Positions 49,850 through 58,552 of a stretch of DNA of 64,000 bases are shown here, in pieces (position 1 is the stretch's first letter; every line of letters starts with the position of its first letter). Source of the DNA: Bacteroidota bacterium (lineage in GTDB: Bacteria; Bacteroidota; Bacteroidia; NS11-12g; UBA955); assembly GCA_963169345.1 (NCBI GenBank), contig CAUJCT010000047.1, positions 47,076 through 111,075 on the forward strand, read 5' to 3'. Position numbers and translations under genes: made by a program. Below the pieces are notes generated by a model. It searched no databases, was not told where the DNA came from, and saw only the letters and a program-made list of their open reading frames with translations.

Positions 49850-50878
49850 TTATTTTTTAGTACCCCATCTGAAAAAGTCCTCTATATACCACAAGGAAAT
49901 CTCAGCAGCTTCAAAATGTGTGAAAATACTCCTTGGTATCTGGAAATTGCCTAAACGGTTTTGACCATAAATAAATGAGTACTCAAAATGCATCAACAAT
50001 CCGGTCGAATCATTCATTACAGCTGTATTTACATTGCCTATTCTTACAGGGTCATTATAGACAGTATCTTTTCCTATTCTAGGGTCTTTAGCATCTGTGT
50101 TTAAAAAAACTGTTACCGGCGTGTAATACGTCTTGCCTATATCTTCCATTGGCAAACGGCGCTTGTTGTTCATATCCATTACAAAGTACTGATCGGGCTT
50201 TCCGGCTGAAAAATCCTGACTGATATCGCTGATGAAACAATAGTTGCTGCTTAGCATCATGCTGATTTCTTTGTATAATACTGAATCGGTTTTCACGATG
50301 CTCTTGCCATAAAATAAATTGAGGAAATAGGCATTTTCAAAATCATGCTGATATATCCAGTTGCGTTCACCCTCCGATGCAAAATTGTACAATAAAAGCA
50401 AGTACCTGAAATCAGAGGCATTCAATTTCGACTTGAGCTCATCGCGACTGAACCAAACCATGGGGTATGGATTAGCAAGTGCTCCTCCAAACTTAGGTTG
50501 AAACACCAGACAAAGTGCTTTCATTTCGGTGTTTTGTTGCTCGGTATTGAAATTTTTGTTGTAGGTTTTAAGGAACCAGATGCCTTTTAGGTCATTTGGA
50601 CTAAATACCAGTTTGCTGCCGTCAATTAAAGTATTGGAGCCTCTTTCTGCAAACTCTTCTTTAGAATAGACGCTTGCCAGAGAATCGGTGCGATAGGGCG
50701 TTAATTCTCTTTTCAATGCCATTTCATATAATTTTTTCTGCAATCCGGCTGACCTGCTTTTGAAATAGGTTTCAAATTGTAGTCGTGAAGGATATTTGAA
50801 AGCTGTTTGAGCTTTTGCACTTAAAAGAATGCAACAACCAATTGTAAAAAGAGCGATGAAAGCTTTTGTTTTCGTCAT
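49850..50878 (-). CDS. secreted hypothetical protein, tandem paralog A
   Basis: Signal peptide. Shares YRTDSLAS.YSKEEF, YLLLLYNF, SSNYCFISD and a C-terminal EDFFRWG region with the next gene. Confidence 0.55.
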   Translation of the reverse strand: MTKTKAFIALFTIGCCILLSAKAQTAFKYPSRLQFETYFKSRSAGLQKKLYEMALKRELTPYRTDSLASVYSKEEFAERGSNTLIDGSKLVFSPNDLKGIWFLKTYNKNFNTEQQNTEMKALCLVFQPKFGGALANPYPMVWFSRDELKSKLNASDFRYLLLLYNFASEGERNWIYQHDFENAYFLNLFYGKSIVKTDSVLYKEISMMLSSNYCFISDISQDFSAGKPDQYFVMDMNNKRRLPMEDIGKTYYTPVTVFLNTDAKDPRIGKDTVYNDPVRIGNVNTAVMNDSTGLLMHFEYSFIYGQNRLGNFQIPRSIFTHFEAAEISLWYIEDFFRWGTKK

Positions 50879-51037
50879 GATTCAAAAATAAGGGTTTAAG
50901 AGTTCTGAAATAGAAATGATTTAAATTTAACTGATTTTCTAAGTCACATATTGTGGACCCATAATCAGAAAATGAAGTAGGTTTGCACACAATCAAACGA
51001 AAAAGTTTCAATTATGTCTCTTTAAAGCAAGTTAAAA

Positions 51038-52060
51038 TTAATGTTTGTATTGTGTTCTGTAATAATCTTCCAGAAACCATATTGCAATTTCAGAGGGCTC
51101 GTATTTTAAAAACATCGCACGGGGAAACTGTAGTTCACCTTTCTGATTATTTTCATATTCAAAATTGTATGTGAAGTAGGCAATTAATCCTGTTGTTTCG
51201 TCTATAAATGTTTTTTGCAATGTCTCTGATAAAATCGGACTTAGAATTACAGTATCTACACCTATTGTGGGGTCGTTTGGGTCGGTACTTAAAAATATCT
51301 TTTCATTTCTATAAAATCTGTAACGAATAAGCTGCAATGGAACATATTGTTTTGAATATTTTTCAAATAACATATAGTCGGCTGTATCCCTTATATTATC
51401 ATAATTGGGCAAATATCTCAGAAAACAGTAGTTAGAAGTCATCGTTTCGCTGATATGTTTTAATAACACTGAATCAACAATCATGTAAGTTTTTTTATAC
51501 ATAAGCCTTAAATAATAAGGATTATAACTGTCATAATATCTCTGGTGTCCCGGCTCCTCTAGCCCAAAATTGTATAATAGAAGTATAAACTGATAATCTT
51601 CATCGGATAATTTGAGTTTCAATTCTTCCGCACTCAAAAGAACTTTTGGTAATCCATAAATAACTAAAGATTTTATACCAGGATTTATAAATAAAGTCAA
51701 TGCTCTGAATTGGTTGGAGGAACTGGAGGCATTGAATTTCCCTGAGTAGGAACTCACAAATTCTAAACTGCTAATCTTTGTGGAGGCAAGCGGTAGAATT
51801 GAATCTTCTTTTAAATACGCACCTACTCTTTTAATAAATTCCTGTTTGTTGTATTTACTGGAAAGTGAATCGGTTTTGTATAAACTGAACTCACCATTTA
51901 AAGCCATCATGTACAATTTAATTTTTAAAGCATCTGTCCGGTTTTCAAGGTAATTTCTGAATTGTTGACTGTTGGGTAAATCGTACTCCTTTAGAGCAAA
52001 GGCTGGGAAACTGATTAAAAGCAAATGTAATATGAATATAAGTTTTAGTATTATTTTCAT
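51038..52060 (-). CDS. secreted hypothetical protein, tandem paralog B
   Basis: Signal peptide. Shares YKTDSLSSKYNKQEF, FILLLYNF, TSNYCFLRY and EDYYRTQ with the previous gene. Confidence 0.55.
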   Translation of the reverse strand: MKIILKLIFILHLLLISFPAFALKEYDLPNSQQFRNYLENRTDALKIKLYMMALNGEFSLYKTDSLSSKYNKQEFIKRVGAYLKEDSILPLASTKISSLEFVSSYSGKFNASSSSNQFRALTLFINPGIKSLVIYGLPKVLLSAEELKLKLSDEDYQFILLLYNFGLEEPGHQRYYDSYNPYYLRLMYKKTYMIVDSVLLKHISETMTSNYCFLRYLPNYDNIRDTADYMLFEKYSKQYVPLQLIRYRFYRNEKIFLSTDPNDPTIGVDTVILSPILSETLQKTFIDETTGLIAYFTYNFEYENNQKGELQFPRAMFLKYEPSEIAIWFLEDYYRTQYKH

Positions 52061-52241
52061 TCTACAAAGTTAATGAATAGAAAAATGTTTATGGTGAAAT
52101 TATACCTAATTCTCAACACCAAAAATTGCTTATAAATATAAATAAATGCCATTTGACAAAACGGTAACATTGTTTAGTAAATTAACTCCTTGTATGAAAA
52201 CTGTATGTTGTAATTTGCAGTCTAAATAAAAGAAAACAGAT

Positions 52242-53786
52242 ATGAAAAAACTAAAATTATGCTTCTTTTTAGGCCTTTTGGCCAACTCTGCTTTTGCTCA
52301 GAATTTCGATTTAAATACCTATAAATTCCGTTATCAGAAATTCAGAGGTCTGCTTTATAATGTCAATCTGGGTGGATCTAACTCTTACAACTTTTCCAAT
52401 AATTCGGATAATTATGATTTGAATAAGCTGGTCACCTATAAAACAAAATCACCGGGTTTTAATTTTGATGGCAACTTAAGCATGGATTATTTTCAAATGA
52501 TCAATACCGATCGTTTACAACAGAATTTAAGTTTCGGATTATTTGCCCGTAATCAAAGAACTTCAAACAAATCAAAGCAGTCTGTCGATTTTGATGACAG
52601 AAATTCTCAGGATTATAGCAACTTTAATAAAAGTTCAATGCAGATCTACTCAGCCTATTTAAATTTAGACAACAGACTTTACTATAGAGGCAATAAGTTT
52701 TACTATTTAAATGTAAATGCGGATGCCTTTATATCAAAGAACTCAGGTAAAAGTGAATCCAATTATAATGGTCTGGTAAATGGTGCAAACGAGGCTGGTT
52801 CTATGAGTTCCAATTACGAATTAGGTTTGAAACTCGGGGCCGGAAGTGGAAGACTGGAGTATGTTTCAGATGCTGTATTAGCGAACTTTTTAATTAAAGA
52901 TTTAAAAAGAAAAGCCATGATAGGAGAGGTGAGTGACCAACAATTAATGGAGGTGGCTAAGTCCATAACCTATATTAAAAACAGGCGTTATTTAGATATG
53001 CGTTTTCGCGTAATTGAGCAAATAGAAATGATGGATTCACTCTTGCAATTTAACGGTATTTCAAGCGAAAAGAAAGCGAGATATTTTACAACTATTTATG
53101 ACAACTGGCTTTATGCCAACCAGATGGCACGATACAGTGGAAAGCGTTTCACTTACTTTATAACAAGTCAGAATATTACTTATGAAAACAGATTCAATTT
53201 ATACAGCACCGAGTTGTCAAGAATGAAAAAAGTACATAGTAGTTTGCAGTCAAAAAGTGGAATAGGATTGGAGTTCCAGTCTTCAAAACAAATCAATTTA
53301 AACATTCAGAAGTTATGGGGAATTGACTTTGCGGCCAGTTACAGTTATGCTCCTGTTACAAATGTTTTTGAAGACAGTCTTGAAACCCCAAATTATACCA
53401 GAACTGAGACGAAGCAGGTGGTGAAAAACCTGATTGTAGATCTGGGAGGACAATATGAAATTCTCTACCAACCAAACACCAGAACATATCTGCGTGCATT
53501 TGTAAGACCGGAGATGTTTTTCATAAAAATGTTGGATGAAGAAATTGAAACTGTAAATAAAAATATCAGTGGCTGGTCATACACAGCCAAGCTCAATTCG
53601 GGACTCGACTTTTTCAGGTTTATCAATGCAAGAGTATCTTTTAATGCGAATGTTCAGTTGAACTTAATGGGTTACAGAGCTGAAAATATTTATCAGTTTA
53701 ATCCGGATGGTACAGGAAAAAGATCCTTCAAGGAGACGCAAAATAATTTAGGATATAGCATCAGCTTGCGATATGCGATCTTTTAG
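52242..53786 (+). CDS. hypothetical outer-membrane beta-barrel protein
   Basis: Signal peptide MKKLKLCFFLGLLANSAFAQ. Ser/Asn/Tyr-rich alternating strands. C-terminal ...LRYAIF. Confidence 0.5.
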   Translation: MKKLKLCFFLGLLANSAFAQNFDLNTYKFRYQKFRGLLYNVNLGGSNSYNFSNNSDNYDLNKLVTYKTKSPGFNFDGNLSMDYFQMINTDRLQQNLSFGLFARNQRTSNKSKQSVDFDDRNSQDYSNFNKSSMQIYSAYLNLDNRLYYRGNKFYYLNVNADAFISKNSGKSESNYNGLVNGANEAGSMSSNYELGLKLGAGSGRLEYVSDAVLANFLIKDLKRKAMIGEVSDQQLMEVAKSITYIKNRRYLDMRFRVIEQIEMMDSLLQFNGISSEKKARYFTTIYDNWLYANQMARYSGKRFTYFITSQNITYENRFNLYSTELSRMKKVHSSLQSKSGIGLEFQSSKQINLNIQKLWGIDFAASYSYAPVTNVFEDSLETPNYTRTETKQVVKNLIVDLGGQYEILYQPNTRTYLRAFVRPEMFFIKMLDEEIETVNKNISGWSYTAKLNSGLDFFRFINARVSFNANVQLNLMGYRAENIYQFNPDGTGKRSFKETQNNLGYSISLRYAIF

Positions 53787-53790
53787 AATT

Positions 53791-53996
53791 CAACCTGCCT
53801 TAAAATTCAACCTGGCAGGTTAAATGTACCTAAATCTCAAATATTCAGCGTTTCAATTCGTTAAAATAATTAAGTCAACCTAGCAGGTTAAATTTCCGAA
53901 AGTTCTAAGTCAACCTAGCAGGTTAAATGCACCTAACCCTCAAATAAGCAGCATTCTAATTCGTTAAAATAATTAAGTCAACCTGCCAGGTTGATT
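53791..53996. repeat. tandem array of four to five AACCTGNCAGGTT palindromes (53809, 53877, 53912, 53980, plus a half-site at 53793) in a duplicated ~103-bp unit
   Basis: Read directly. The 55-bp spacers GGTTAAATG(T/C)ACCTAA...CGTTAAAATAATTAAGTCAACCT are about 85% identical. Confidence 0.85.
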
Positions 53997-54015
53997 TTGA
54001 CACTCCTCAAAAAAA

Positions 54016-54050
54016 AATTTGCACACTCCAAAAAATTCCTTTTACCTTTG
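54016..54050 (+). promoter_or_regulatory. candidate Bacteroidetes promoter (TTTG -33 ... TAccTTTG -7) driving the SAM riboswitch-metB-hom transcript
   Basis: TTTG at 54018-54021 and TACCTTTG at 54043-54050, 21-nt spacer. Confidence 0.3.
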
Positions 54051-54069
54051 CAGCAAGTTCTTAAAAACC

Positions 54070-54185
54070 CCATTCACTTATCCAGAAAGACGGAGGGAAT
54101 TGACCCGTTGATGTCTTGACAACCTAGTCCTGCGCGCAGGAAAAAGGTGCCAAATTCAACCGCTAACGCGGAAAGATAAGTTAGA
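54070..54185 (+). promoter_or_regulatory. SAM-I (S-box) riboswitch aptamer
   Basis: CTTATCCAGAAAGACGGAGGGAATTGACCCGTTGATGTCTTGACAACC...GGTGCCAAATTCAACCGCTAACGCGGAAAGATAAG matches the SAM-I consensus. The P1 strands are CTTATC 54078-54083 and GATAAG 54175-54180. The kink-turn and pseudoknot elements are present. Located upstream of a Cys/Met PLP enzyme plus hom. Confidence 0.85.
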
Positions 54186-54222
54186 ACCAGCTTTGTAATT
54201 TACCCATTACGGGATTATATAG

Positions 54223-54255
54223 GCTCTTCTGACTTGTCGGAAGAGCTTTTTTTTT
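54223..54255 (+). terminator. intrinsic terminator of the SAM riboswitch expression platform
   Basis: GCTCTTCTGAC-tt-GTCGGAAGAGC (11-bp stem with one G·U) followed by T9. Confidence 0.8.
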
Positions 54256-54331
54256 GCTCTCCGATAAGCCTGCCCCTCCTCTCTGGCAGTGAATGTTTTT
54301 ATGAAATTTTTAACATTAAACATTCAATACA

Positions 54332-55498
54332 ATGAAAGAAACAAGTTCAATTTTACACGCTATCCCGGTCGACCCGCTCACCGGTGCAGTCTCCGTACCC
54401 ATCTATCAAACCTCTACATTCGTGCAGGATGCTCCGGGTGTCAACAAAGGTTTTGATTATGCCCGAACCAATAACCCTACAAGACAAGTGTTCGAAAACC
54501 TTATCGCTCAACTCGAAGGTGGTGCTAAAGGTATCGCTTTTGCCAGTGGTCTCGCCGCTATTGATGCCGTTCTTAAACTTTTGGAAGCAGGCGATGAAAT
54601 CATTGCCATCGACGATATCTACGGTGGTGCTTTCCGTCAGTTCACTCATGTCTATCAGAAATTCGGTATCAAAGTGCATTATGTCGATGTTTCAATACCT
54701 GAGAATATCATCGATTACATAACACCTAAAACCAAATTGCTCTGGATTGAAACACCCACAAACCCTACGCTTAAAATTGCTGATTTAAAAACGCTGGGTT
54801 CTATTGCTCAATCTTTTAATTTGCTGTTTTGTGTCGACAATACTTTCGCTTCTCCGGTATTGCAAAAACCACTGAGTCTTGGTGCCGATATCGTTATTCA
54901 CAGTGCAACTAAATATCTTGGGGGACACAGTGATTTAATCGCAGGTGCTGTTGTAACCAAAACGGATGAACTGGGCGATAAAATAAAATTCATTCAAAAT
55001 GCCTCTGGTGCTATTCTGTCTCCATTCGATTCATGGTTGTTAATTCGGGGTATTGAAACTCTGCATCTTCGGGTTTTCAAGCATGCTGAGAATGCACTCA
55101 AAGTTGCTCAGTTTCTTAATCAATCTGAGCTGATTCGAAACGTGTATTATCCAGGTCTCCCGAACCATCTTGGACATCAAATTGCCGCTTCGCAAATGCT
55201 GGCTTTTGGTGGTGTCCTGAGTTTCGATTTTCACGATGACGACAAAGAGCTTGCTCTGGCGTTTTTAAAACATTTGAAGTTGTTTAAACTGGCTGAAAGT
55301 CTGGGAGGAGCAAAGAGTCTTTGTTGTCTGCCTTCTGAAATGACACATAAATCTATTCCTCGCGAAAAGCGTCTGTCTTCGGGTGTTAGTGATAGTTTGG
55401 TTCGTTTGTCGGTGGGGCTCGAAGATGCAGCCGACTTGACTGAAGATATACAAAGGGCTTTAAACAAATTAAAAATAAATACCATTCAACATGATTAA
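54332..55498 (+). CDS. Cys/Met-metabolism PLP-dependent enzyme (cystathionine gamma-synthase / beta-lyase family)
   Basis: 388 aa. YARTNNPTR. PLP-lysine region SATKYLGGHSDLIAG. Downstream of the SAM riboswitch. Confidence 0.85.
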   Translation: MKETSSILHAIPVDPLTGAVSVPIYQTSTFVQDAPGVNKGFDYARTNNPTRQVFENLIAQLEGGAKGIAFASGLAAIDAVLKLLEAGDEIIAIDDIYGGAFRQFTHVYQKFGIKVHYVDVSIPENIIDYITPKTKLLWIETPTNPTLKIADLKTLGSIAQSFNLLFCVDNTFASPVLQKPLSLGADIVIHSATKYLGGHSDLIAGAVVTKTDELGDKIKFIQNASGAILSPFDSWLLIRGIETLHLRVFKHAENALKVAQFLNQSELIRNVYYPGLPNHLGHQIAASQMLAFGGVLSFDFHDDDKELALAFLKHLKLFKLAESLGGAKSLCCLPSEMTHKSIPREKRLSSGVSDSLVRLSVGLEDAADLTEDIQRALNKLKINTIQHD

Positions 55499-56738
55499 GA
55501 GAAAACAATTACATATAGGTCTTTTCGGCTTTGGCTGTGTAGGTAAAGGACTTTATGATGTTCTGAACTTAAGTAAGCACCCCTGTGCCGAAATTGTAAA
55601 GATATGCGTCAAGGACAAAACTAAGGACAGGGGAGTAGCAAAGGATCTCATCACCTTTGATAAACATGAAATACTCAACGATGATTCGGTCAATTTAGTT
55701 GTCGAATTAATAGACGATTCGGAGGAAGCTTTTGATATTGTTAAGAAGGCCTTACTCGCCGGGAAGTCGGTGGTAACTGCCAATAAAAAGATGATAGCTG
55801 AACATTTTGATGATTTACTCAGTTTACAGGCTTCCACCGGTCAGGCATTGCTCTATGAAGCTGCGGCTTGCGCCAGTATTCCAATTATTCGAAATCTGGA
55901 AGAATACTACGATACAGACATTCTGAATCGCATAGAAGGTATCATCAATGGCAGCACAAATTACATACTGACGCGTTCGCTCAACGAAGGTTTAAGCTAT
56001 AAGGAGGCATTGCAAATCGCTCAACAATTAGGGTATGCCGAATCAAATCCGGGTCTGGATGTGGAAGGACACGATGCCGCTAACAAACTGTCGATTCTGT
56101 CTGCTCATGCTTTTGGCCGTTTTATTTTACCTGAGGATTTGCCCAGAACAGGTATTCAAAATATCACATCTGCTGAATTGAAATTTGCAAGACAAAACAA
56201 CTGGAAAATCAAATTGCTTGCAAAAGCTTATAAAACCAGCGAGGGACTTACAGCTTTTGTTATGCCTTCTTATGTCGATGATGATTCAGCTTTGTACAAA
56301 GTGGATGATGTATTCAATGGTGTTCAGACTGAAACAGTGTTCGCAGATAAACAGTTCTTTTCGGGCAGGGGAGCAGGTGCCTTTCCTACAGCTTCAGCAG
56401 TCTTAAGCGATATTTCGGCACTGAGTTACGATTACCGCTATGAATACAAAAAATTGAATCAGGGAAAGGATATTCCTTTGATAGATGATGTCATTCCGGT
56501 TTATTTGCGCAGCGAAGATGTCGATGAGTCTGTTTTGAGTGACAGTTTTGAACATATTTTTGAAGTTTTTAAATCAGGAAACCGATTACATATCTGCGGT
56601 CAGATAAAACTTAAGACAATCTTCACATGGTTGAAAACACATCCCAATATGGCAGTATTACATTTGCCTGAAACTTATGTAGAGATAAATTCGAAGGGAT
56701 TACCGATACTTGAATTAGAAAACTTATCTGAATTATGA
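55491..56738 (+). CDS. hom: homoserine dehydrogenase
   Basis: N-terminal Rossmann fold IGLFGFGCVGKG. Catalytic region NGSTNYIL...GYAESNPGLDVEGHDAANKLSILSAHAFG. Overlaps the upstream gene by 8 nt. Confidence 0.85.
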   Translation: MIKRKQLHIGLFGFGCVGKGLYDVLNLSKHPCAEIVKICVKDKTKDRGVAKDLITFDKHEILNDDSVNLVVELIDDSEEAFDIVKKALLAGKSVVTANKKMIAEHFDDLLSLQASTGQALLYEAAACASIPIIRNLEEYYDTDILNRIEGIINGSTNYILTRSLNEGLSYKEALQIAQQLGYAESNPGLDVEGHDAANKLSILSAHAFGRFILPEDLPRTGIQNITSAELKFARQNNWKIKLLAKAYKTSEGLTAFVMPSYVDDDSALYKVDDVFNGVQTETVFADKQFFSGRGAGAFPTASAVLSDISALSYDYRYEYKKLNQGKDIPLIDDVIPVYLRSEDVDESVLSDSFEHIFEVFKSGNRLHICGQIKLKTIFTWLKTHPNMAVLHLPETYVEINSKGLPILELENLSEL

Positions 56739-57343
56739 CATTACAGTATATTTTTGAATTAACTGGCACAGCATTGTTTGCCGCATCCGGGGCACTGGTG
56801 GCTAACGATAAAAGCAATGCCGACTGGTTTGGGGTCACCTTTCTGGGACTGATAACTTGTTTGGGAGGAGGCTCTTTCAGGGACATATTACTGGGAGCTT
56901 ACCCTCTGGCATGGATTAAAGATATTTCGGTATTAATAGCAGGCTTTACGGGTATTATTTTAGCGGCACTCTTTTACAATGCACTGAAACGCTATAGAAA
57001 AAATTTGTTCATTGTTGAGACATTTGCCTTGGGGATGTTTACCATAATTGGCACACAAAAGGCGCTCGACTTCGGTGTTCACCCATTAATAGCTGCAGTG
57101 ATGGGCATGTTTTCTGCCGTCATGGGAGGCGTATTAAGAGATGTGTTAACCAATGAAATTCCGGTTTTGTTTAAGAAAGAAATCTATGCCACAGCCTGTG
57201 TTGCCGGAGCTCTGCTATATGTACTTTTAGTAAGGACGAGCAGTTTCCCTCAACTGAATCTGATACTTTCAGCTTTGCTCATAGTGTTTATACGTTTTAT
57301 CTCTGTTAGGTACAAATTGAGTTTGCCAAAGTTTAGGAATTGA
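56735..57343 (+). CDS. TRIC/UPF0126 family membrane protein (two glycine-rich repeats)
   Basis: Duplicated motif LGGGSFRDILLG / VMGGVLRDVLTN in a ~200-aa, 6-7-TM protein. Confidence 0.6.
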   Translation: MTLQYIFELTGTALFAASGALVANDKSNADWFGVTFLGLITCLGGGSFRDILLGAYPLAWIKDISVLIAGFTGIILAALFYNALKRYRKNLFIVETFALGMFTIIGTQKALDFGVHPLIAAVMGMFSAVMGGVLRDVLTNEIPVLFKKEIYATACVAGALLYVLLVRTSSFPQLNLILSALLIVFIRFISVRYKLSLPKFRN

Positions 57344-57494
57344 GTTTAGAACATTCATTGTTAAAGCTGGTCTTAAAATATCCTATAGACCAAACGGGTA
57401 TTTGAAGTTACTGATTACACCTCTTCTGAATTAAATACTCGATTTTGGCTATATTTCCAATTCTTAAGAACAACTCTGGTGGGTTTTTAATTAT

Positions 57495-57899
57495 TTGTTT
57501 GTCTTTTTCATCAGAAATCCTATTTTTGGAACTTTGATGAAAACTAAAGACTATCAAAAAGGCTTGCATATTTTAGCTGAACTCAGTTCCGAAAATCTCT
57601 CAAGGTTAACGGATGCTGCGCCTTTTATTCAATATGTGCAAGAGCAAATAATAAAAAACGGATTGAGTCAACTGGGTGATGTACAACACAACTTTGATGG
57701 TGGTGGATTTACTGCGGTAGTTTGTTTGACGGAGTCGCATTTATCTGTTCATACCTGGCCTGAATACGGCATAGTAACTACCGATGTGTATCTGTCCAAT
57801 TTCATGAAGGATAATCAGGATGCTTGCAGAAATTTGTATAAAGCCATCAGAGATTTTTTTGAAGCTGAAGAAATTAATGTTCAGGAAGTATGGCGATAA
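57495..57899 (+). CDS. speH: S-adenosylmethionine decarboxylase proenzyme, small (Bacillus/SpeH) type; likely true start MKTKDY at 57537
   Basis: CLTESHLSVHTWPEYG contains the E-S self-cleavage site and the conserved HTWPE motif. Confidence 0.8.
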   Translation: MFVFFIRNPIFGTLMKTKDYQKGLHILAELSSENLSRLTDAAPFIQYVQEQIIKNGLSQLGDVQHNFDGGGFTAVVCLTESHLSVHTWPEYGIVTTDVYLSNFMKDNQDACRNLYKAIRDFFEAEEINVQEVWR

Positions 57900-58552
57900 G
57901 GGCATTAAGTACATCCACTTGCAGCAATTGCAAACAAGAATTTGAATTGTATTCAAGGCAAACAGATTTTTATATCTGCCCTCAATGTATTCAGGTATAC
58001 ACAAAGCAGGATTTAAATTTAAAGTTTTCTGCTAAATACATTCGCAAACCTGATACCATGTCTCATCTGCAAATAGGCACTGAAGGTAATATAGATGGCA
58101 GAGCTTTCAAGGTAATAGGATGTCTGGTTTTAATATTTGAAGAGAAATTCATTCAACTTTGGAGGGTAGTAGATTCTGATAAGCAAATGGACTGGATAAT
58201 TCAATTTCCAGGTTATTTTCTGGAGGCTCGTTTTACAGAAATCAATCACAATGATTATAAAGACTTAGAGTTGAAGCTGGCATTGAGCGGGCACAATTTG
58301 CCCGGATTAAATATAAGCTATACTTTAAACTGTATCACGAGATATAAATACGCTTATGCCCTGGGTGAAGTCAATATGATCATGGAAGAGAATGACAAGG
58401 GTTTGTTGTATTTGTTTCAGTCGCATAAAGGTCAGCAATTTTTATTGTTTGTCAATTCTGCCGATTCGATGACTGCTATCAATGCTCAGCACAGAGAACT
58501 GTCGGAGTTTGGTTTATCAAAAACTAAAGAGCTTGGTCTATGGAGTATTTAA
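57890..58552 (+). CDS. zinc-ribbon + DUF4178-like protein
   Basis: N-terminal CSNC...CPQC ribbon. 220 aa. Overlaps speH by 10 nt. Confidence 0.45.
   Translation: MAIRALSTSTCSNCKQEFELYSRQTDFYICPQCIQVYTKQDLNLKFSAKYIRKPDTMSHLQIGTEGNIDGRAFKVIGCLVLIFEEKFIQLWRVVDSDKQMDWIIQFPGYFLEARFTEINHNDYKDLELKLALSGHNLPGLNISYTLNCITRYKYAYALGEVNMIMEENDKGLLYLFQSHKGQQFLLFVNSADSMTAINAQHRELSEFGLSKTKELGLWSI

Noticed and set aside
49850-52060. Naming the tandem paralogs gldN/gldO outright
   Set aside because: I cannot recall diagnostic GldN motifs to confirm, and the genes are not adjacent to gldKLM. Left as hypothetical, with the GldN-like idea recorded as a finding to test.
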